Origin: Thermodesulfobacterium commune DSM 2178
GTDB taxonomy: Bacteria; Desulfobacterota; Thermodesulfobacteria; Thermodesulfobacteriales; Thermodesulfobacteriaceae
Reading direction: 5' to 3'
NCBI RefSeq assembly: GCF_000734015.1
Contig: NZ_CP008796.1
Location: 210,001 to 242,000, forward strand
DNA: 32,000 nt
In this document: piece after piece, positions 25,486 to 32,000 of the stretch
Layout: every line of letters starts with the position of its first letter
Position numbering within the stretch: the stretch's first letter is position 1
Program-made: the position numbers and the translations under genes
Notes under the pieces: generated by a model
What the model was told of the DNA's origin: nothing
Databases searched by the model: none
The model's input: only the letters and a program-made list of their open reading frames with translations

Positions 25486-25497
25486 TACCTATAGGTA
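25486..25497. promoter_or_regulatory. Perfect 12-bp palindrome TACCTATAGGTA in the leuC/xseA divergent region
   Basis: The sequence is its own reverse complement. It lies 18 bp upstream of the candidate leuC -35 and about 37 bp upstream of a candidate xseA -35 (TTGATT 25534-25539, N17, TAAAAC). Confidence 0.3.
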
Positions 25498-25589
25498 ATT
25501 GGTTAATTTTTTGCCTCCGTTAAAAATGTTTTTTTGATTTTAGATCTGTCCTGATGTAAAACTTAAAAATTATGTTAATTTACTAAAGT

Positions 25590-26966
25590 ATGGGGCAACA
25601 ATTTGAATACCAGCTTAACCAACCGATAGAAGGTTTAGAAAGATCCTACTTTACGGTAAAAGAGCTTACTCAAAGGGTTAAAAAACTTGTAGAAGAGGGT
25701 TTTTCTCTTTTATGGGTAGAGGGAGAGATTAGTAACCTTAGACATGCTCAAAACGGAAATCTTTATTTTAATCTTACTGAAGAAGAAGCCTCCATTAAAG
25801 CCATAATCTTTAACGCCCAGAAAGAAAAAGAAATAGTTTCTTATCTTCAAAATGGGCTTAAGGTTTTATGTTGGGGTAAGCTGAACTTTTATCCTAAGAC
25901 AGGTGAAGTCTATCTTATCGTGAGAAGGATAGAACTTCTGGGAAGTGGATATCTTGAGTTAAAAAAACAACAGCTGATAAAAAAATATCAATACTTGTTT
26001 GATCCAAACAAAAAAAGGTCTATACCTCTTTTTCCAAAGAAAATAGCGGTGATAACCTCTATTTTTAGTGCTGCCCTGCAAGACTTTTTAAAGATTGTTT
26101 CAGAAAGATGGGAGATAGAGGTTTTGGTATATCCCTCGAGGGTACAAGGAGAAGGGGCAGAAAAAGAAATCGTTCAGGCTATCAAAGATATAAACCTTCA
26201 TTTTTACGATGTAGATGTAATCTTTATTACCAGAGGCGGTGGTTCTGCTGAAGACCTTGCTCCTTTTAACACAGAAGAGATCATCTTGGGGATAAGTAAG
26301 TCAAAAATACCGGTAGTTTCTGCTGTAGGCCATGAGATAGATTATACTCTATGCGACATGATAGCTGATAAAAGATGTCCTACCCCCTCTGCCGCCGCTC
26401 AAGAGGTTATCCCTGATAAACATAAATGGCTTGAAAAACTCGAGCTTTATAAAAAGAAGTATAAACAGTTTTTAGACATCATCCTTTCTAAGAAGCAAAA
26501 CAGGCTTTATCAAGTAAAATTAACCTTAACAGAAAGAAGCCCCTTTAACCTTCTGTATAGTTTAGAAAAGGACCTAAAACAAAAGTTTTACAGGTTAAAC
26601 GTACTCTTAAACGAGGTGATAGCTTATAAAGAAAAAAAGGTTCTTAACCAGAAAATTTCTTTAAGAAGATATCATCCAGCCGAAACTCTACAGAGGGAGG
26701 AGGACCGTTTACAGAACTATAGAAGGCGCCTTGAGTTGAGTTTTGAGAATTATTTTCAGCTCTGCGAAAACAGACTGACCGGCTTAAAAAGTCTTCTAAC
26801 CTCGCTTTCGCCTTTAAATATTTTAGAAAGAGGATATAGTATAGTAAGAAAGTTAGAAACCAAAAAGATAGTTAGGTCGATAGAAGAGGTGCAAATTGAG
26901 GAGGTTTTAGAAGTAAAGCTTAGCAGAGGAAGTTTATTGGTTAAGGTTTTAAAAACCGAAGAGTAA
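25590..26966 (+). CDS. xseA: Exodeoxyribonuclease VII large subunit
   Basis: FTVKELTQRVKKLVEEGF..LWVEGEISN forms the OB-fold N-terminus. ITRGGGS.EDL..FN and the coiled C-terminal region are present. Confidence 0.9.
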   Translation: MGQQFEYQLNQPIEGLERSYFTVKELTQRVKKLVEEGFSLLWVEGEISNLRHAQNGNLYFNLTEEEASIKAIIFNAQKEKEIVSYLQNGLKVLCWGKLNFYPKTGEVYLIVRRIELLGSGYLELKKQQLIKKYQYLFDPNKKRSIPLFPKKIAVITSIFSAALQDFLKIVSERWEIEVLVYPSRVQGEGAEKEIVQAIKDINLHFYDVDVIFITRGGGSAEDLAPFNTEEIILGISKSKIPVVSAVGHEIDYTLCDMIADKRCPTPSAAAQEVIPDKHKWLEKLELYKKKYKQFLDIILSKKQNRLYQVKLTLTERSPFNLLYSLEKDLKQKFYRLNVLLNEVIAYKEKKVLNQKISLRRYHPAETLQREEDRLQNYRRRLELSFENYFQLCENRLTGLKSLLTSLSPLNILERGYSIVRKLETKKIVRSIEEVQIEEVLEVKLSRGSLLVKVLKTEE

Positions 26967-26976
26967 GGAGCAGGGG

Positions 26977-27225
26977 ATGGAGAAAGAGCTAAGCTTTGAA
27001 GAGGCTTTAGCTGAAATAGAACAAATTTTAAGGCAGTTAGAAAATAAAAACCTTGAGTTAGAACGAGCTATAGAACTTTATGAAAGAGGGTTGTTTTTGA
27101 TACATTTTTGTGAGGAGAAGCTTAAAAAAGCCAAGGCTAAGGTAGAGGTTATCCTTAAAGATGAGAAAGGTTTTAAATTGGAAACCTTAGAGAGGGCTTC
27201 AGAGATCTTAAAAGATGGAAACTAA
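26977..27225 (+). CDS. xseB: Exodeoxyribonuclease VII small subunit
   Basis: 82 aa. SFEEALAEIEQILRQLEN..LELERAIELYERG is typical of XseB, and the gene directly follows xseA. Confidence 0.85.
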   Translation: MEKELSFEEALAEIEQILRQLENKNLELERAIELYERGLFLIHFCEEKLKKAKAKVEVILKDEKGFKLETLERASEILKDGN

Positions 27226-28120
27226 AAATTTTGATTTTTTTGCTTACCTAAAGAGAAAGGCTGAGAAGGTAGAAAAGGTTTTAACCGAGTTTTTCCCACA
27301 ACCCAAGGGATATGGTGGCCGTGTGGTTGAGGCTGCCAGTTATAGCCTTTCTGCCGGAGGGAAAAGGATAAGACCGGTTTTATGTTTAGCAAGCTGTGAG
27401 GTTGTAGGTGGAAGGGATGAAGATGTCCTCTTTTTTGCTGCTGGCATCGAATGTATTCATACCTATTCGTTGATACACGATGACCTTCCTGCTATGGATG
27501 ACGATGATTTTAGACGAGGTAAACCCTCTTGTCATAAAGCCTATGACGAAGCAACAGCTATTTTAGCTGGAGATGGGTTGCAAAGTTTGGCTTTTTGGTT
27601 TTTTACCCACCCTGAACAGGTAAAAAGGGTAAGCAAAAGCGCGCTTTTAAAGGCCATTCATCTGATTTCTCAAGCCGTAGGCTTTGAGGGAATGGTAGGA
27701 GGTCAGATGGCTGACCTTTTGATGGAAGGAAAAAAGGCAGGGCTAAAAATACTAAAATGGATCCATCTTCACAAAACCGTAAAACTCATCGAGGCCTCGG
27801 TTTTGGCAGGGGCTTTACTTGCCAAGGCTAAAAAAAAGGAGTTGCAAGCTTTAAAATCTTATGCTAAACATCTGGGGATGGCTTTTCAAATCGTAGACGA
27901 CCTTTTAGACGTGATAGGGGACGAAAAAAAGTTAGGGAAAAAAAACCTTTCTGATTTAAAAAAACAAAAACTTACCTATCCTTCTGTGGTAGGGCTTGAG
28001 AAAACCAGAGAGCTTGCGGAAATACACACCCAAAAGGCTATTTCTGCTTTAGAACCTTTTGGAGAAAAAGCTATACCTTTAAGAGCGATGGCTGAGTTTG
28101 TTTTAAAAAGGGTATATTGA
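27215..28120 (+). CDS. ispA: (E,E)-farnesyl/geranylgeranyl diphosphate synthase
   Basis: The first Asp-rich motif is LIHDDLPAMDDDDFRRG and the second is FQIVDDLLD. The gene sits in the classical xseB-ispA-dxs order. Confidence 0.9.
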   Translation: METKNFDFFAYLKRKAEKVEKVLTEFFPQPKGYGGRVVEAASYSLSAGGKRIRPVLCLASCEVVGGRDEDVLFFAAGIECIHTYSLIHDDLPAMDDDDFRRGKPSCHKAYDEATAILAGDGLQSLAFWFFTHPEQVKRVSKSALLKAIHLISQAVGFEGMVGGQMADLLMEGKKAGLKILKWIHLHKTVKLIEASVLAGALLAKAKKKELQALKSYAKHLGMAFQIVDDLLDVIGDEKKLGKKNLSDLKKQKLTYPSVVGLEKTRELAEIHTQKAISALEPFGEKAIPLRAMAEFVLKRVY

Positions 28121-29988
28121 TGAAGTTTTTAAAAAACATTAACTCCCCTCAGGATTTAAAAAAACTTAAGATTTCTCATCTGAAGGCTTTAGCTCAGGAG
28201 ATAAGAGACTATATCGTAGAGGTAACCTCTAAAAACGGAGGTCATGTTGCCCCTAATTTAGGGGTAGTAGAGCTAACTTTAGCCTTACATTATGTTTTTG
28301 ACTCCCCTAAGGATAAAATCATCTGGGACGTAGGCCATCAATGCTATACCCATAAGCTTATTACAGGAAGAAGAGACCAGTTTCACACTTTAAGGCAGTA
28401 TGAAGGTATAGCAGGTTTTCCTAAAAGAGCCGAAAGCCCTCATGACATCCTTGACACAGGTCATAGCAGCACCTCTATTTCTGCAGGGCTTGGGATGGCA
28501 ACAGCTTTGCGTCTTAAAAAAGAAAAGGGAAAAGTAATAGCTGTTATAGGTGATGGGTCTATTACCGCAGGGTTAGCTTTTGAAGGGTTAAACAACGCAG
28601 GTTTTTCTAAAGAGGACCTTTTGGTGGTCTTAAACGATAACGAAATGTCTATCGCTCCTAACGTAGGTGCCCTTTCTTCTTTTATCTCAAAAAGGCTTAC
28701 CGGAAACCTGGTAAGGTTTATCAAAAGAGAAATAGAGTCTATCAGTCATAAAGTTCCAGGGGGAGAAAATTTACTGAGTATACTTAAAAAAGGAGAAGAG
28801 TTGTTAAAGGTTGCTATAACCCCTGGTGCTCTCTTTACAGCTTTAAACTTTGAATATGTAGGGCCGGTTGATGGGCATAACTTAGAAGAATTGATAAAGG
28901 TGCTTAATAACCTAAAATCTTTAAAAGGTCCTGTTTTATTGCATGTGATTACCAAAAAAGGGAAAGGTTATCCTTATGCTGAGGCAGACCCGGAGACGTT
29001 TCATGGAATAGGGCCTTTTGATGTTAAAACAGGCAAGCCTTTAAAGTCTCCTAACTCCCCGCCTTCCTATACAGAAATTTTTGGTAGGACCATGCTCAGG
29101 CTTGCTGAGATTGAACCCAAGTTGGTAGCTATTACTGCCGCGATGCGTTCAGGCACAGGGCTTAAGGAATTTTCTGAGAGATATCCTGAGAGGTTTTTTG
29201 ACGTAGGTATTTGTGAACAACATGCCGTTACCTTTGCCGCTGGCTTAGCCTTAGAAGGTTTTATCCCTGTGTGTGCTATCTATTCTACCTTTTTACAAAG
29301 GGCTTTTGACCAGATAATTCATGATGTAGCCTTAAACCAGGCCAAAGTAATCTTTGCTTTAGACCGGGCAGGGTTGGTAGGAGAGGATGGTCCAACTCAT
29401 CACGGGGCTTTTGACCTTTCTTACCTTAGACTTATTCCTAACTTAGTGATAATGGTGCCTAAAGATGAAAACGAACTTCAGCACATGCTATACAGTGCTT
29501 TAAAATATCCTAACCCTGTAGCTATACGATATCCAAGAGGTGCTGGAGTTGGGGTAAGCTTAGATTGGGAGTTTAAAGAAATACCTTTTGGAAAGGGAGA
29601 GGTTTTAAAGTCAGGTAAAGACCTAACCATTCTTGCCGTAGGATCTATGGTTTATCCAGCCTTAAAAGCAGCTTTGGAAGCAGAAAAGTTTGGCCTTTCC
29701 GTAGAGGTAATCAACGCAAGGTTTGTTAAGCCCCTTGATGAAGACTTAATTTTAAGCTCTGCACAAAAGACCAAAAGAGTGCTTTTGGTTGAGGAAAACA
29801 CCTTGATAGGTGGTTTTGGTTCGGCGGTGCTTGAACTTTTGACAGATAAAGGGATCAAAGGCATCGAGGTTAAAAGGTTAGGTCTTCCAGATAAATTCAT
29901 AGAACATGGAGACCTCAAAACTTTACATGCTAAATATCATCTCAACACCGAGGGTATTCTTTTAAAAATCAAAGAGTTTTTGGGTTAA
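28120..29988 (+). CDS. dxs: 1-deoxy-D-xylulose-5-phosphate synthase
   Basis: GGH.APNLGVVELT, WDVGHQCY.HK and the thiamine diphosphate (ThDP) motif GDGS.TAG.AFEGLNNAG are present. I chose ATG 28120, which overlaps the ispA TGA by 1 nt. The track's TTG at 28117 is an equally open alternative. Confidence 0.95.
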   Translation: MKFLKNINSPQDLKKLKISHLKALAQEIRDYIVEVTSKNGGHVAPNLGVVELTLALHYVFDSPKDKIIWDVGHQCYTHKLITGRRDQFHTLRQYEGIAGFPKRAESPHDILDTGHSSTSISAGLGMATALRLKKEKGKVIAVIGDGSITAGLAFEGLNNAGFSKEDLLVVLNDNEMSIAPNVGALSSFISKRLTGNLVRFIKREIESISHKVPGGENLLSILKKGEELLKVAITPGALFTALNFEYVGPVDGHNLEELIKVLNNLKSLKGPVLLHVITKKGKGYPYAEADPETFHGIGPFDVKTGKPLKSPNSPPSYTEIFGRTMLRLAEIEPKLVAITAAMRSGTGLKEFSERYPERFFDVGICEQHAVTFAAGLALEGFIPVCAIYSTFLQRAFDQIIHDVALNQAKVIFALDRAGLVGEDGPTHHGAFDLSYLRLIPNLVIMVPKDENELQHMLYSALKYPNPVAIRYPRGAGVGVSLDWEFKEIPFGKGEVLKSGKDLTILAVGSMVYPALKAALEAEKFGLSVEVINARFVKPLDEDLILSSAQKTKRVLLVEENTLIGGFGSAVLELLTDKGIKGIEVKRLGLPDKFIEHGDLKTLHAKYHLNTEGILLKIKEFLG

Positions 29989-30017
29989 AAAATATCAAAT
30001 CGATATTTTTATCAACC

Positions 30018-30046
30018 TTGTAAAAATTGATAATTGTTTAATAATT
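30018..30046 (+). promoter_or_regulatory. Candidate promoter immediately upstream of relA/spoT
   Basis: TTGTAA (30018-30023), a 17-nt spacer, then ATAATT (30041-30046). The -10 ends only 6 nt before the ATG at 30053. Confidence 0.3.
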
Positions 30047-30052
30047 ATTTAT

Positions 30053-32000
30053 ATGGTTACGTTAAGTAAAATTTTAGACCAGATACAGAGTTATTTACCT
30101 GGGTGTAACACTCGTTTGGTAGAGAAGGCTTACGTTTGGGCTGCCAAACTGCATGACGGTCAGGTTAGAAAGTCAGGAGATCCCTATCTTTCGCATCCTA
30201 TGGAGGTAGCCTATATCCTTGCTCAAATGAAGCTTGACCTTCCTACTATAGCCGCTGGATTGCTCCATGATGCGGTAGAGGACAGTGCGATAAGTTTAGA
30301 GGAAATAAAAAAAGAGTTCGGAGAAGAGGTAGCTTTTATCGTAGATGGGGTAACTAAGCTTAAAAAACTGCCCAATCCTGCTGAAAGAGCAGCTTCTCAA
30401 GATAAGCTTACCAAACAGGCAGAAAACATAAGAAAGATCATCCTTGCAATGTCAAAAGACCTGAGGGTGATCCTGGTAAAGTTAGCAGACAGACTGCATA
30501 ATATGCGCACTTTAGAATATCAACCAGAACATAAAAGGGTAAAGATCGCCAGAGAGACTCTTGAAATATACGCTCCTCTTGCTGGTAGGTTAGGAATAGA
30601 CTGGGTAAAAAGCGAGTTAGAAGACTTGTGTTTTAAGTATCTATACCCTGAAGAGTTTCGTAGGTTAGAACAAGAGGTAAAAAAGAGGGTAGAGGCCTCT
30701 CAAGAGTATATAGAAAAAGTTAAGTCCCTTTTAAAAAACCTTCTAGAGAAAAACGGAATTAGCGGAAGAGTTTTAGGAAGAGTTAAACATCTTTATAGTA
30801 TCTACAGGAAGCTTCTTAAATACAACTTGACCATAGAAGATCTGGACCAGATTTACGACATCATAGGTTTTAGGGTTATCGTAAACACCGTAGAGGAGTG
30901 TTATAAAACCTTAGGGTTGGTGCATGCCCTTTGGCCTCCCATCCCTGGTAGGTTTAAAGATTTTATAAGCCTTCCCAAACCTAACATGTATCAAAGTTTA
31001 CACACCACGGTGTTAGGACCTGATAGCAAAAAGATAGAAATACAGATCAGAACTGAGTACATGGATAAGGTGGCTAACGAGGGAATAGCCGCTCATTTTT
31101 TATACAAGGAAGGTGTCTTTACCTCAAAGTATGGACAGTACAAGTATTTAGAATGGTTAAGCAAGCTGATAGAACTTCAAAAAGAGCTAAAAAACCCACG
31201 GGAATTTCTTGAGTCATTAAAGCTTGACTTTTTCCCTGACGAAATCTATGTGTTTACCCCTAAAGGAGATATTATTACCCTTCCTGTAGGAGCCACTCCC
31301 CTTGATTTTGCGTATGCGGTTCATACCGAGGTTGGTCACAGGTGTGTAAGGGCCTATGTGAACGATAAGCTTGTGCCTTTAGACTATAAGCTCCAAACAG
31401 GCGATATCGTTAAAATCGAAACCTCTCCTAACCAAACCCCCAGCAGAGACTGGTTAAAAATCGTAGTAACAGGTAGGGCCAAAAGCAGGATAAAGCAGTG
31501 GTTAAATCGAGAAGAAAGACAAAAAATGATAGAGTTAGGAAAGGAACTTCTTAACAAGGAAATAAAGAAACAAGGATTAAGTGCTACCTCTATAAAAGAA
31601 GAGGATCTTATCAAATTTTCTCAAGAGTTTAGGATAAAAAATACAGAAGACCTTTATTTCCTTATTGGTTCTGGAAAGATTACCCCTAAGCAGATATTAA
31701 AAAACTATCTAGAAATCAAAAAGGTAGAGGAAACTCAAGAAGAGCTTCCGATAGAAGAACAGGTCGAGAAGTTAGGAATAAAAGAAGGATTGGTAGAAAG
31801 GTTTTTAACCCAGAATCTAAAAGATGTAGTTGTGGTTAACGGAACTGACAACGTTCTTTTTCATTTAGCCAAGTGCTGTAGACCCATTCCAGGAGATGAA
31901 ATTATAGGTTATATTACAAGGGGCAAGGGAATCTCGGTTCATCGGTTTGATTGTCCAAACTTAAAGGATTTAGACACCGAAAGGCTGATCGAGGTTAGAT
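30053..32000 (+). CDS. rel: Bifunctional (p)ppGpp synthetase/hydrolase, RelA/SpoT homologue (3' end beyond the window)
   Basis: My translation from ATG 30053 gives MVTLSKILDQIQSYL...KAYVWAAKLHDGQVRKSGDPYLSHPMEVAYILA...LLHDAVED, the HD hydrolase domain. It continues with DRLHNMRTL, the synthetase region (YRKL..., FKDFISLPKPNMYQSLHTTV), the TGS region and GKGISVHRFDCPN. The frame stays open to the window end, so it is absent from the ORF track. Confidence 0.93.
   Translation, partial: MVTLSKILDQIQSYLPGCNTRLVEKAYVWAAKLHDGQVRKSGDPYLSHPMEVAYILAQMKLDLPTIAAGLLHDAVEDSAISLEEIKKEFGEEVAFIVDGVTKLKKLPNPAERAASQDKLTKQAENIRKIILAMSKDLRVILVKLADRLHNMRTLEYQPEHKRVKIARETLEIYAPLAGRLGIDWVKSELEDLCFKYLYPEEFRRLEQEVKKRVEASQEYIEKVKSLLKNLLEKNGISGRVLGRVKHLYSIYRKLLKYNLTIEDLDQIYDIIGFRVIVNTVEECYKTLGLVHALWPPIPGRFKDFISLPKPNMYQSLHTTVLGPDSKKIEIQIRTEYMDKVANEGIAAHFLYKEGVFTSKYGQYKYLEWLSKLIELQKELKNPREFLESLKLDFFPDEIYVFTPKGDIITLPVGATPLDFAYAVHTEVGHRCVRAYVNDKLVPLDYKLQTGDIVKIETSPNQTPSRDWLKIVVTGRAKSRIKQWLNREERQKMIELGKELLNKEIKKQGLSATSIKEEDLIKFSQEFRIKNTEDLYFLIGSGKITPKQILKNYLEIKKVEETQEELPIEEQVEKLGIKEGLVERFLTQNLKDVVVVNGTDNVLFHLAKCCRPIPGDEIIGYITRGKGISVHRFDCPNLKDLDTERLIEVR

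Noticed and set aside
1-32000. A window-wide search for CRISPR arrays, tRNA/rRNA genes, IS elements, integrases, phage or defence islands, and large tandem repeats.
   Set aside because: Intergenic spacers are all about 190 nt or shorter and AT-rich, with no cloverleaf-capable GC stems and no repeat-spacer periodicity. No transposase, integrase or recombinase-like translation was seen, and there is no obvious compositional break. Nothing supports such features.

Overview
This AT-rich window is packed almost end to end with 34 protein-coding genes, nearly all housekeeping. The K/E-rich proteins and a textbook dsrC suggest a thermophilic sulfate reducer, possibly Thermodesulfobacteria-like; that assignment is inference. 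Gene order: motA (partial) and a PilZ-like ORF (-); ppaC (+); nadC (-). On the plus strand follow grpE-dnaK, pdxA, a 1224-aa AsmA/YhdP-like envelope protein, an RluA-family pseudouridine synthase, a 63-aa four-Cys ORF overlapping argS, a SPOR protein, a short GNAT, dsrC, comEA-like, and acyl-CoA dehydrogenase with etfB-etfA. One tightly packed minus-strand run carries leuC-leuD-mazG-metal ABC ATPase-permease-tatD-aspS-Mut7-C. The plus strand then resumes with xseA-xseB-ispA-dxs and a partial relA/spoT homologue. I saw no rRNA, tRNA, CRISPR array, transposase, integrase or obvious foreign island, and no intergenic gap exceeds about 190 nt. I cannot point to a convincing new multi-gene system. 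The most checkable leads are: (1) the PilZ-like ORF abutting motA behind a sigma-28-type promoter; (2) the four-Cys micro-ORF coupled to argS; (3) dsrC, whose intrinsic terminator lies inside the comEA-like signal-peptide codons; (4) the acd-etfBA module next to dsrC; and (5) a divergent Mut7-C/PIN-like ORF coupled to aspS and overlapping etfA tail to tail. All protein calls rest on by-eye motif recognition in the supplied translations. No searches were run.
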